A DNA stretch of 58,707 bases from an archaeon (GTDB lineage: Archaea > EX4484-52 > B79-G9), in contig JBDRKP010000067.1 of assembly GCA_043813875.1 (NCBI GenBank), positions 1-58,707 of the forward strand, read 5' to 3'. Both the position numbers and the translations under genes were made by a program. The notes under the pieces are model-generated. The model saw only the letters and a list, made by a program, of their open reading frames with translations, had not been told where the DNA came from and searched no databases. Shown piece by piece: positions 49,609 to 58,707 of the stretch (its first letter is position 1; every line of letters starts with the position of its first letter).

Positions 49609-50310
49609 CTAATCACTTGCCCTCAACAATACAGTCATCCTTTTGATTTCTTTACCGTCTTTTACGCCTTGAATACTATGAGTTATTTTCGTAGTAACAT
49701 TATATATTCTTTTGGTCTCTTGTTCGACTTTCTGCGCAATCTTCGCCGAGCCCAGGTACACATCAGTACCATCCTTTGAAGCTTGCACCTGCGTTATGAA
49801 CGAAAACATATCCGCATCCTTATACTGATTGACCTTATCCTTTATTAATATAAGTATCTGATCCTGCATATTTTTTGGAGCTCTTATCTGTATGACTGCC
49901 TCATAATACCCGCCGGAAAGCCGTGAGCAATTTTCGCAGCTTTGCGGTACTATGACCAGATTCGTCACCGCTCCTTTTTCAATCAGTCTGCCATCAATAT
50001 TCTTCTCTGCAAGAACAGTTACAGGAACAACAGTCTTGCCATTTATCATAAAAGGCTCATATTTTATCTTGACTGAAACATCCTTATCCTTCACGACACT
50101 GGCACCGACTACACGCTCAATCATCACTTCAATCGACGGATTTGAAACCCATTTTTTCTTCTCATTCGAGCGCCCGCACCTGCAAAGAAGAACCCTCACA
50201 TTTTGCGGCACATCGGCAATTTTCTTTTTCTCAAGATAGCAATCACTGCAAAGCCCTTCAAACAGATCATTGGTCTCCTTGGCGCAACGGGGACAGAATT
50301 TCTTCAGCAT
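49609..50310 (-). CDS. Nmd3-family ribosome maturation protein
   Basis: FCPRC..LC..C, C..CSRLSGGYYEAVIQIR and G.DVYLGS. Confidence 0.9.
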   Translation of the reverse strand: MLKKFCPRCAKETNDLFEGLCSDCYLEKKKIADVPQNVRVLLCRCGRSNEKKKWVSNPSIEVMIERVVGASVVKDKDVSVKIKYEPFMINGKTVVPVTVLAEKNIDGRLIEKGAVTNLVIVPQSCENCSRLSGGYYEAVIQIRAPKNMQDQILILIKDKVNQYKDADMFSFITQVQASKDGTDVYLGSAKIAQKVEQETKRIYNVTTKITHSIQGVKDGKEIKRMTVLLRASD

Positions 50311-50424
50311 AATATAAGTGGAAAATCCTTTCTTTTAAATGTTTGCGCCAGATTGCCAAACCCCATACCACATTTAAGAGAACAACAGATAAGGGATGGC
50401 AAAAAATAATCATATGAAAGAGCC

Positions 50425-50727
50425 CTAAACCCGATATATATGCGCAAACTTGACCCCGTCAACAATCTTCACACTAGAATCCGAAACAATCCCGCGCAAA
50501 AGAAGCTCATCAATGATGCGGGAGCCGACGACATTCACGGATGATGCACCTTCAAGAGCATCCACGATTTCATCAATATCAACCAACTTCCCGCCAAAGA
50601 AATCAGAATCAACATCTAAAACAAAATCACCACAAGAAAACACCTTGCCAAGAATATCCTCATCACAGATCGCAACCACGCAATCATCATCAGACTCATG
50701 GACCTTCAAAAAGAACGCCATAAGCAC
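50425..50727 (-). CDS. DUF424 family protein
   Basis: VVAICDEDILGK...FFGG...NVVG, in its usual position downstream of aIF-2beta. Confidence 0.85.
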   Translation of the reverse strand: MLMAFFLKVHESDDDCVVAICDEDILGKVFSCGDFVLDVDSDFFGGKLVDIDEIVDALEGASSVNVVGSRIIDELLLRGIVSDSSVKIVDGVKFAHIYRV

Positions 50728-50730
50728 ACA

Positions 50731-51147
50731 CTACCTCACACTTCGAACAGGCTTCTCAGCCCCGCAAGCCTCGCACTTGATAAACACAAGCCTCCCCTTC
50801 TTCAGAAGGTTCGTATCAGGCTTACTGCACTCAGAACACAGAACATACTCTTCAACATACTTCTCGAACTTCTTATTGACCATGAATCCCCCGAACTTGC
50901 CCTGGAAGACGCCGGTCTGGCCTTCCATCCCGCCCTGCGTCGCAAGTTCCTTCGCAAGATATTTCAACAGATGCCCCGGTTCCCTTCGGATAACGCCCGC
51001 AGCCTCAGTGAGATTCTTGATCATCGTCCGGTTCCCCATGATCATCACATTAAGCTTGGGCATCTCCAGGCGCTCCTGCTTTAATACAGTCACAGGCAAC
51101 TGCTCTTTTGCCCTCTTAAGAAGCGAATTATAATCATAATCTGTCAT
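50731..51147 (-). CDS. eif2b: Translation initiation factor aIF-2 beta subunit
   Basis: Y..LL.RA, R...HLLKYL.KEL.T and YVLCSECSKPDT...KCEACGA. Confidence 0.95.
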   Translation of the reverse strand: MTDYDYNSLLKRAKEQLPVTVLKQERLEMPKLNVMIMGNRTMIKNLTEAAGVIRREPGHLLKYLAKELATQGGMEGQTGVFQGKFGGFMVNKKFEKYVEEYVLCSECSKPDTNLLKKGRLVFIKCEACGAEKPVRSVR

Positions 51148-51183
51148 TTTATCACACGACTAGATTCAAAAGTAAATTTTATA

Positions 51184-51945
51184 TTATAATGCCTTTATCC
51201 TGCCGGGACGCGGTTCATAACAAGACCCTTCCGCCAAAAGCTCATCTATTGCAGATTCACTCACCGACTCCGGAAGCCCCACCTTCTCAACAATCTTTGT
51301 ATACTCCACACCAGTCCCGTCATCCAGCTCTTCAATCGACTTGATGATGAGATTCTTCACCGCCTTGATATCAATCGCAACACTGCTCTCTTCATTCTTA
51401 TCCTCCTTTATGCTCTCGGCAGCAAGAACAGTCTCGACATCATCATCCCGGATATTTTTAGTTTCAAGGTCCTTTTTCAGTCCTTCAACATCCTTATGCT
51501 TCTTTGCCTCAGAAAGAATAAGATCGCTTTTCAGCTTACTTTCAATCATCATCTGCACCAGTTCAATCTTCCTCAAAGTTTCGTAGTTAGGATCATCTAT
51601 CCTCTTGACAATCTCTGGATAGATGTGCACCTCATTGTTATACTGCCTTATACGCCCGATGACATCCACAATATCCCCCTTTTTCACTTTTTGTATCACT
51701 TTCGTATCCTGGAACGCTTTCAAACGTATCATGCCCGTAGCATCATCCATCACGACAAAACCATACTTCTTATCATCACTCAGATAAGTGCTTACAACAG
51801 TAGCAAGAACATGTACCCTTGAGAGCTTCCGCCCGTCATCCGCAAGTACATAATTCGGATCAAACCCCGTCTGTGCCTGATATTTGCCAGAAATGATATC
51901 CTTTATCCTGCACCGTTGCGCAGTAAGCCTCTTCTGCTCAATCAC
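51184..51945 (-). CDS. RPA32/Rpa2-like OB-fold plus winged-helix protein
   Basis: RV..LATVV, DDATG.I...F, V.VIGRIR and a C-terminal wH ending LL.EG.CYEPRPG. Directly downstream of mcm. Confidence 0.8.
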   Translation of the reverse strand: MIEQKRLTAQRCRIKDIISGKYQAQTGFDPNYVLADDGRKLSRVHVLATVVSTYLSDDKKYGFVVMDDATGMIRLKAFQDTKVIQKVKKGDIVDVIGRIRQYNNEVHIYPEIVKRIDDPNYETLRKIELVQMMIESKLKSDLILSEAKKHKDVEGLKKDLETKNIRDDDVETVLAAESIKEDKNEESSVAIDIKAVKNLIIKSIEELDDGTGVEYTKIVEKVGLPESVSESAIDELLAEGSCYEPRPGRIKAL

Positions 51946-51948
51946 ACA

Positions 51949-53964
51949 TCACACTCTCCTTACATGGCCATGCCTTGGCTCAAACAGTTCCCCTTCCCGT
52001 TTAAGCTTCTGGATAATCTCTTCAGCATCCTCAATACCCTGCTCTTCAGCAGCAGCTTTCACATCCTCGATAAGCACCGATTTGTCCTCAGTCTCACCCT
52101 GCATCTCACTGATCAGTGTCAGTATTATCCTAATCTTATTTCTCTGGCTGCTTGTCGTGCCGCTCTCAAGGCGATCTATATCAAACTTGCCTGTCTCTGG
52201 ATCAATGCCTACCTGCATCAGGCAATCGGTCAGCAATTTTATCGCTCTTTGAGCATCCTCTTTCTTTACCTTGGGAGAGAGCCTCACCCTTGCCGACGCC
52301 TCAGAAAGCCGCACCAGCGCCTCAAGTTGACGTGCTCCGATAGGAACCGACGACACTTCCTCTGTACCGCTGTACTTGCTCCTCAGCCCCACATAGAAAA
52401 CCTCAATCGCATTCTGTGCCGCCTTCGTCAGCTTCGGATTGATATTGCTCTTCACATAAGAGATGTACTTTCTCAAAATACTAGCATCAAGCGGCGGGTT
52501 CTGTATATCGGGATTCTCATGCATCTTGAGGATATGTCTCACAAGCAGCGTATCCTTCTCCTTATTCGGCTCATCCCTTATCGGAAAGATAAGATCAAAC
52601 CTGCTTAAGAGCGAATCAGGTATGTCGATCTGCTCAGGAATAGACTGATAGGGATCAAACCTCCCGAACTTAGGATTCGCAGCCGCAAGTATAGTAGTCT
52701 GTGCATGCAGAGTCGCCTGGATATTGGCCTTGGAGACAGTCACAGTCTGCTGCTCTGCAACCTCATGCATCGCACTCCTGTCCTCTGTCGACATCTTATC
52801 CAGTTCATCAATAGCGACAAGCCCCTTGTTGGCAAGAACAAGCGCACCTGCCTCAAGCGCCCATCCCCTCATGAACTCATCCTTGACAACAGTAGCAGTC
52901 AGACCTGCCCCTGACGTCGATTTTCCGACAACATAACGCGCCTTCGGCGCAAGGCCGACGACATATTTAAGTATCTGGCTCTTACCAGCTCCCGGATCAC
53001 CGACAAGCAATATATGTATATCCCCGCGCGTCGTAACGCCATCCGGCCGCACCTTCCTCACGCCGCCGAAAAGCTGCAAGGCAATAGCCAGCTTGATATC
53101 ATTATATCCATAGATAGAAGGCGCTATAGACTCAACCAGCATATCAAATATCTTTGGATTCTTCGAAAGCTCCTTGATCCTTGCCTCATCCTCAGCAGAA
53201 ATATCAATATCCTCGAATTCAAACTCAATCGGCTCAAGATAATTGCCGTCAAGATAAAGGTCCCTTCGCTTGCTCTCCTTACCCCGGTCCGTCTTTATAG
53301 GTATATCCTCAAGAATCCCGGTTATAATCACCTTGCTGCCTGGAACAACCCTCTTCTGGAACTTCGGATCCACAAGATCATTCTTGATAAAGACACCGAC
53401 CTTCCTTGCCTGCGCACTCCCCTCAAGCTTCTCGGGAACCTCCTCAACCTCAAGGCGCTGTATATCGACCATCTTTCGGTCAATCATCTCAAACCCGCGC
53501 TTATTCCCGCACTCGCACATATAGGGCGTAAGCAGATCCTGCTCTTCCTGAAGAAGGATTATGCGCTCGCCGCATGCCCTGCACTCGAAAGTGGCAAGCA
53601 CTATCTCCGGCCTCACTTCAGACGCCTGCTTTATGATGCCCTCGATAGCGATAAACTTCTTCAGATGCTTGCTTCTCAGGTTTTTGATACTTACGACCTG
53701 GGTCTCAGGCAACCCGATAATCCTGACAGGAATCTGGGACTCAAGCTCTTCGCCGACATCGACATTCCTCATAGCCTCGTCTGCAGCCTTGAAAAATTCC
53801 GCCGGCTTATCAAGAAGAGTATCAGCAAGATCCACATCAAATTTCTCTATATCAGTAAAATCAATAACAAGAGCAACCCTATCTTGAACAGCCTTCAACA
53901 GGTGGCTATAACACACTTCAGAAAAAAAAATTTCGAGTCTTGAAAGTAAATCAGTATAGTCCAT
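51949..53964 (-). CDS. mcm: MCM replicative helicase (no intein)
   Basis: Zn finger CRAC..CEC, SIAPSIYG, GDPGAGKS, LEAGALVLA, IDELDKM, AAANP, LSRFDL and ARQLE. Confidence 0.97.
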   Translation of the reverse strand: MDYTDLLSRLEIFFSEVCYSHLLKAVQDRVALVIDFTDIEKFDVDLADTLLDKPAEFFKAADEAMRNVDVGEELESQIPVRIIGLPETQVVSIKNLRSKHLKKFIAIEGIIKQASEVRPEIVLATFECRACGERIILLQEEQDLLTPYMCECGNKRGFEMIDRKMVDIQRLEVEEVPEKLEGSAQARKVGVFIKNDLVDPKFQKRVVPGSKVIITGILEDIPIKTDRGKESKRRDLYLDGNYLEPIEFEFEDIDISAEDEARIKELSKNPKIFDMLVESIAPSIYGYNDIKLAIALQLFGGVRKVRPDGVTTRGDIHILLVGDPGAGKSQILKYVVGLAPKARYVVGKSTSGAGLTATVVKDEFMRGWALEAGALVLANKGLVAIDELDKMSTEDRSAMHEVAEQQTVTVSKANIQATLHAQTTILAAANPKFGRFDPYQSIPEQIDIPDSLLSRFDLIFPIRDEPNKEKDTLLVRHILKMHENPDIQNPPLDASILRKYISYVKSNINPKLTKAAQNAIEVFYVGLRSKYSGTEEVSSVPIGARQLEALVRLSEASARVRLSPKVKKEDAQRAIKLLTDCLMQVGIDPETGKFDIDRLESGTTSSQRNKIRIILTLISEMQGETEDKSVLIEDVKAAAEEQGIEDAEEIIQKLKREGELFEPRHGHVRRV

Positions 53965-54072
53965 ATACCACTATATCATAAACAGATTTAAAAGGGTTTG
54001 GAATGGACACACCCTGCCGATAGTATCCCTATTATCCTTGTAACTCACGCAGGAATCAAGTACATAATCCAA

Positions 54073-54615
54073 TCATATAGCATTTATTCGCCTGAGATTC
54101 CCTTTGAGTTTTTCAACAGAGTCACGGACCTCCCCCTCAGACTTCCCGCCAGTGCATATGACCTTCCCTGAACTGAACAGAAGAAACACAGTTTTCGGGC
54201 CATCTAGGCGATAGACAAGACCAGGAAACTGCTCCGGCTCATATTCAGTCCCCTCTAGCTGGAAAGCGATCTGATTCAGGTTCAGTTCAGCGCCCACGCT
54301 GGCAGAGGCAACAATATTCTGTATAGTAAGCTCATTTGTAGAAGTCACATCAATGCCAAGCGACTTTATCTTCTCGACAATATTGGCAACAGCCTGCTTC
54401 GCCTGTTCCGGCGACTTCGTACCCGTACATACAATCTTACCCGTATTGAATATCAACGCCGCAGCCTTTGGATCAGTAAGCCTCAGCACAAGCCCCGGAA
54501 ACTGCTCCGGCTCATATTCAGTCCCTTCAAGCTCCATCGCCAATCTTGATAATGGAATCTTGGCATCTGCAGCACAAGAAGCAACAACATTATGAATCTT
54601 AATCGTATCGCTCAT
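54073..54615 (-). CDS. tbp: TATA-box binding protein
   Basis: Two repeats of N.VAS...EYEPEQFPGLV.R...LIF..GK..CTG.K. Confidence 0.97.
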   Translation of the reverse strand: MSDTIKIHNVVASCAADAKIPLSRLAMELEGTEYEPEQFPGLVLRLTDPKAAALIFNTGKIVCTGTKSPEQAKQAVANIVEKIKSLGIDVTSTNELTIQNIVASASVGAELNLNQIAFQLEGTEYEPEQFPGLVYRLDGPKTVFLLFSSGKVICTGGKSEGEVRDSVEKLKGNLRRINAI

Positions 54616-54759
54616 AAACAATCCCCTCTCTCCATATAATCATTTTCTCTTCAGACCCCAAAGAAACGCCTTTTTACGAACCAGTCTCTTGAACAGACAG
54701 GTTAATATTTATTAATTACATTTCATTAACTTGGATATATTTAAATTTAACTTGTCATC

Positions 54760-55146
54760 GTGGTGATTCATATGTGCCTGATAAAAAAATACAATATGGA
54801 CCTGAAAAGATACTTTCTTACAGGATACTGCGTAGCGACTCTAAGAAAACCAGGCACCCCGCTTGTAGACTTATGCCTATTCTCAGGCGAAGGAAAACCC
54901 ACACTCATAGGCGGCTATGCGATCACGCCGCATGATGCGATAAGGCTCGCAAATGAGCTTATCCTGAACGCCAACAGAGCAAAAGAAACAACACCGGAAC
55001 AGAAGAAAAACATAGCCGAGATGTACCTCATCAGCGCATACAATCTCTTAAAAGACTCAGACAAAGAAGCCGCAGAAAAACTCAAAAGTTCGATGGGCAT
55101 AAAAGAGATCAAACCGAAAGAAGAAGACCTCGGATATGTAGGCTGA
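54760..55146 (+). CDS. Hypothetical protein
   Basis: 128-aa ORF divergent from tbp with strand-typical codon usage. Start is uncertain. Confidence 0.6.
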   Translation: MVIHMCLIKKYNMDLKRYFLTGYCVATLRKPGTPLVDLCLFSGEGKPTLIGGYAITPHDAIRLANELILNANRAKETTPEQKKNIAEMYLISAYNLLKDSDKEAAEKLKSSMGIKEIKPKEEDLGYVG

Positions 55147-55213
55147 TGAAAGTATAGAATAAACATAAAAAAATAAATATAAAATAGCAGGATAAATGAA
55201 AATAGGTGATCAT

Positions 55214-55792
55214 ATGAAATCCAAAATAATAATGATACTAATCATCATGATGATGATATCAATCAGCTCAGGCTGTATATCAAACGGCACACCAGAAGTA
55301 GGCGATATGCCGGATGAAAATAAAGAAAACTCAGGTGACACCATGACAAAAGAAAACAGATATGCGATAATTGAGACAGAAAAAGGGACAATCAAGTTAG
55401 AACTATACGAAAGACGAGCACCAATAACCACAGCGAACTTCATCAAGCTTGCAGAAAGCGGCTTTTATGACGGCCTGAAATTCCACAGGGTGATACGCGG
55501 TTTCATGATACAGGGCGGCGACCCGAAAGGGGACGGCAGAGGAGGTCCCGGATATAAGATACAAGACGAATTCCATCCGGAACTGAAACACACAACAGGC
55601 GCTCTATCCATGGCAAACGCAGGCCCGAACACCGGCGGCAGCCAGTTCTTCATAACAGAAGCGCCGCAGCCGCATCTGGACGGAAAGCACTCAGTATTCG
55701 GCCAGGTCATAGAAGGACAGGACGTGGTCGAAAAGATCCAGCAGGGCGACAGGATGCTGAAAATAACAATAGTCAGCAAAGATGAAGCATGA
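55214..55792 (+). CDS. Cyclophilin-type peptidyl-prolyl isomerase with an N-terminal lipoprotein-like signal
   Basis: [31 protein letters not shown] and [11 protein letters not shown]-terminal hydrophobic stretch ends in SGC. Confidence 0.93.
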   Translation: MKSKIIMILIIMMMISISSGCISNGTPEVGDMPDENKENSGDTMTKENRYAIIETEKGTIKLELYERRAPITTANFIKLAESGFYDGLKFHRVIRGFMIQGGDPKGDGRGGPGYKIQDEFHPELKHTTGALSMANAGPNTGGSQFFITEAPQPHLDGKHSVFGQVIEGQDVVEKIQQGDRMLKITIVSKDEA

Positions 55793-56151
55793 TGAGATAC
55801 ATCGACCGGAAAATTGTGAGATGGACTGACAAAAAAGGCTACACAGCACAGATATTCCTGGACTTCAAGGAAGAAGGCAACAACTCGCGCTTCGTGCTGA
55901 TAAAGATGGAGCCGCACACAGAAATAAAGCCGCACCACCATACCAGGATAAAAGAGATACTATACATCACAAAAGGCACTGGAAATATAGTCGTAAACGA
56001 CATCGAAAGGCGCTGCAAGCCCGAAGACATTATTCTTGTAGAGCCGAGCGAGATACACAGGATGATAAACGACACAGACGACACATTCGAGTGGCTCGAA
56101 TTCAAGATGAATGACCCAAAAGAAAACGACATCTTCTTCGAAGATGACTGA
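55789..56151 (+). CDS. Cupin-domain protein
   Basis: PHHH...E..Y...G.G and EIHR..N cupin motifs. Confidence 0.85.
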   Translation: MMRYIDRKIVRWTDKKGYTAQIFLDFKEEGNNSRFVLIKMEPHTEIKPHHHTRIKEILYITKGTGNIVVNDIERRCKPEDIILVEPSEIHRMINDTDDTFEWLEFKMNDPKENDIFFEDD

Positions 56152-56152
56152 A

Positions 56153-56704
56153 TCAGACGACCTTAAGCAGATCCGCCTTCGTGATGATTCCAAGAATCTT
56201 CTCTTTCTTCGTGATTATTGCAGCCTGATTATGCTTCAGCAACGGCAGAACAGCCTTCAGCGGCGTATCTTCATTGATTGTGGGATACGCATCATCCATC
56301 ACGTCCTCCACCCGAAGATTTGAAAGATTCGTATCCTCAAGCTCAATGACCTTATCCAGGATGGACTTCTCAGATATGCTTCCGACAATAAGACCAAGAG
56401 AAGTGACAGGAATCTGCGACAATTCATATTTTTTCATCGTTTTTATAGCTTCACTCACAAGATTTTCCTTCTCCACCGTTATGACCCTCTTATTCATTAT
56501 ATCCCTGGCAGTCAGCCCTTGCTTGGTCTCGATATAATCCAGCACCTCAAAAAGCTTCTGCATTGCAGAATAAGACGGCTCTATCTTGTTCGCCTCGATC
56601 TTGGCAACAAGAGACTGTGAGACTCCGGCCTTCAGCGCAAGCTCAGACTGAGTGATACCGGCCTTCTTCCTGCGCTGCTTGATCTCAGAAATATTCGGGA
56701 GCAT
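56153..56704 (-). CDS. XRE-HTH plus tandem CBS domain transcriptional regulator
   Basis: RRKKAGITQSELA..AGVSQS..AKIE followed by a CBS pair (ARDIMN..., GIITKADLL). Confidence 0.92.
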   Translation of the reverse strand: MLPNISEIKQRRKKAGITQSELALKAGVSQSLVAKIEANKIEPSYSAMQKLFEVLDYIETKQGLTARDIMNKRVITVEKENLVSEAIKTMKKYELSQIPVTSLGLIVGSISEKSILDKVIELEDTNLSNLRVEDVMDDAYPTINEDTPLKAVLPLLKHNQAAIITKKEKILGIITKADLLKVV

Positions 56705-56849
56705 AGAGACAATAATAACACACACATCTTTTTATTCTTTTCGGAATATACGAGTGACACAAATTGGATTTAACCCAAAAGAATAAATTTTCTGTTTTAC
56801 TTAATTTTTTAAAAATGTTTGGAACATCATCATTATATATAGTTATCGT

Positions 56850-56873
56850 CAATACTATTAAGTAACAGTATTG
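56850..56873. promoter_or_regulatory. Palindromic operator-like site in the divergent promoter region
   Basis: CAATACTATTA-AG-TAACAGTATTG is a near-perfect palindrome just downstream of TTATATATAG (56833). Confidence 0.5.
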
Positions 56874-56908
56874 TTAAATGGATACATATATATACTAGGA
56901 GAATTAAT

Positions 56909-56933
56909 ATGATATTAAAAGGAGTGTTATACC
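56909..56933 (+). pseudogene. 5' stub of a gene interrupted by the IS
   Basis: TATA-like element, AGGAG RBS and ATG ATA TTA AAA GGA GTG TTA TAC run directly into the IS left end. Confidence 0.45.
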
Positions 56934-58707
56934 GGGTCTGCCAAAAATTTCCGTGATAATGGGTATTTTTTGTAAAATTCCTCCCAGAACCAGAGCAGAA
57001 ATTTTGTGTCAAATCGTTTTACGACAAAATTTCAGGTAAAATTTCTCACTCAAACCCAAATTATATCAGAAAAAGCCCGCGAAGGCACACATTATTGCAA
57101 AAATTACATCAGTGCATCTATTCCAAATAATTCGTCGCGAAAAACGAAGAATCAAATAACAGTCAATGCAGTAATTATTCCAAAAACCGCAGCCAATCGC
57201 GGTATCGAGAATTGCTCAAATAGCTTTATAGCTCCTTTACGAAGTCTCCTGAATTTGAAAAAAATGTCCAGTGCCTCATTCGAATGGAAACCATTTTTAG
57301 CAGGCCCATTGAGCGTAGAGCCGAAAAAGCCCTCCATTATGTTATTGGTCAAATACTCGCCATCAGAGCCGGTAAACAACTCGAAGTTGTCCTCTATTTT
57401 TTGAATCCTTGCCGCAATCCTTTTCGGATACAAGTTACTCACACGAATTACATTTTCCAGCTGCTTCTTCGCATCTTCTTTTTTCCTGACGATGAGTGTT
57501 TCCTTATTTCGCTTTCGCCTTAATTTATCCTCATGCAGATGTTTCCTGAACAGAGCCATTAGCTTCTTTTCGTATTGCCGTACAAGATATGCGATCTTAT
57601 CATCTACGGTCTTGCACTTCCCTGGAAATGAAATTCCCGATTTAATATCCTCAAGGATATCGATTTTTACCAGGCTTTCTTTGTAGGCATTGAGCATTTT
57701 CTGAAACTTTTTCAATATTTTGAGTTCTTGTTCGCGATTATAGAATATATTGAATATTGAATAGAGGTTGAGGTAGTGAACAATAGACCACTTTACCTTC
57801 TTGCCGACTTTCAGGCATTCGCGATATTCTTTGAGAATCATCTTATTGAGATGAAATATGCAGTACTGGAGCTTTATTTTATTGCCAAAGACATCTTTGA
57901 ACACACCAGGATACATTGGCGCCATGTCAAAGACAAAGCCTTTAGGGATCTTGTCACCGAATACGCTTTTTAGGATGCCTGCGAGAATTTCTTGTGTCAA
58001 TGTGTCATGTTTCTGTTCGTATATCACGTTGCTGTTCGCGTAATCAATTATCACGATTCTAAATGCACTTTTGCCGTTGATTTTTATGTGCTGCTCGTCA
58101 TACCCGTAAAAGCCTCCAGAGATTATGATTTCTGGATCGAGATCATCTAATTCGTTGAGACGATTTTCACAGATATGCCTAACGGTTTCTGAATCAATCG
58201 GGATGTCATATACTTCTGAAAGATGTTGAGATATGTGGGGGTAGCTCATGCATTTTTCGCGCAATGATATGACATTTGATTCGATAAATTGGTTTGAATC
58301 ACGGATCATGGCATCAATATATTCATTCTCGACCATTATCGTTTTGTCGCATTTTTTGCAGTATTGCTGGCCCTTCTTGAAGAATGCATCGATTGACCGC
58401 GAGGCGATATTGCCGGATTTGTTCGAGCCGTTATAATTGCAGATACTTCCGCAATGAGGGCAACTTTGGCGGGATGTATGGATGACGCCGCATGCGCTAA
58501 TGACGAGCGGGACACCGTTTTGTGATGCATAATCGTACATCAAAGTAATATGCCCATAGTTTTTTAATGTTGGTTGATACAATATCATTGAAGTCCCCTC
58601 CTGTTGTTTTTGCGATAATATGTTGGGGAACTTCACTCTTATTATTATCTGTTGTTGATTGGTTGGTTTTTCGAGGTTATTCCATCACGGAGAAATTAGG
58701 CAGACCC
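56934..58707 (-). mobile_element. Insertion sequence of 1774 bp with imperfect ~24-bp terminal inverted repeats
   Basis: Left end GGGTCTGCCaaaaattTCCGTGAT and reverse-complemented right end GGGTCTGCCtaatttcTCCGTGAT enclose the transposase. Base skew differs from the host. Confidence 0.88.
57152..58636 (-). CDS. DDE transposase (IS256/ISH6/MULE-like)
   Basis: N-terminal Zn ribbon (CPHC...CKKC), HTH, YDEQ (D1), VFDM..MY (D2), QYCIFHL (C/DxxH) and TNNIMEGFF (E). Confidence 0.85.
   Translation of the reverse strand: MKFPNILSQKQQEGTSMILYQPTLKNYGHITLMYDYASQNGVPLVISACGVIHTSRQSCPHCGSICNYNGSNKSGNIASRSIDAFFKKGQQYCKKCDKTIMVENEYIDAMIRDSNQFIESNVISLREKCMSYPHISQHLSEVYDIPIDSETVRHICENRLNELDDLDPEIIISGGFYGYDEQHIKINGKSAFRIVIIDYANSNVIYEQKHDTLTQEILAGILKSVFGDKIPKGFVFDMAPMYPGVFKDVFGNKIKLQYCIFHLNKMILKEYRECLKVGKKVKWSIVHYLNLYSIFNIFYNREQELKILKKFQKMLNAYKESLVKIDILEDIKSGISFPGKCKTVDDKIAYLVRQYEKKLMALFRKHLHEDKLRRKRNKETLIVRKKEDAKKQLENVIRVSNLYPKRIAARIQKIEDNFELFTGSDGEYLTNNIMEGFFGSTLNGPAKNGFHSNEALDIFFKFRRLRKGAIKLFEQFSIPRLAAVFGIITALTVI

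Noticed and set aside
53965..54072. Possible replication origin next to mcm
   Set aside because: No ORB/mini-ORB repeats, no cdc6/orc1 gene and no visible skew switch.
1..58707. CRISPR array, rRNA genes, inteins in mcm/rfcL/nrdD/top6
   Set aside because: No regularly spaced repeats or rRNA-like sequence were seen, and protein lengths and motifs are continuous without intein signatures.

Overview
This is a 58.7-kb archaeal chromosomal segment. A DPANN-like lineage is inferred from the giant N-glycosylated surface proteins, several single-domain KaiC ATPases and compact gene packing; this is not proven. Most genes are housekeeping: pcn, rfcL, mcm, RPA-like subunits, top6A/B, ftsZ, tbp, tfs, rpo11, rpl15e, an eS26-like protein, aIF-1A, aIF-2beta, Nmd3, Rio1, Dim2, endA with an intron-containing tRNA-Phe, ahcY, serB, coaBC and a GGPP synthase. 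The most striking locus is a rearranged anaerobic (class III) ribonucleotide reductase operon (24.5-28.4 kb). There, a complete bacterial-type NrdR repressor is fused in frame to the N-terminus of NrdD. Two NrdR boxes 32 bp apart follow the archaeal TATA box. The glycyl-radical/half-Zn-site domain of NrdD is encoded as a separate 59-aa ORF that the supplied ORF track misses. Other notable items are a KaiC/V4R/twin 3-TM sensor cassette inside a type IV pilus locus whose first platform gene has an out-of-frame A11 tract, two giant surface proteins with a shared C-terminal architecture, a candidate structured ncRNA upstream of ahcY, a Fic + HhH-glycosylase-like insert, and a complete 1774-bp IS at the right edge that interrupts a gene.
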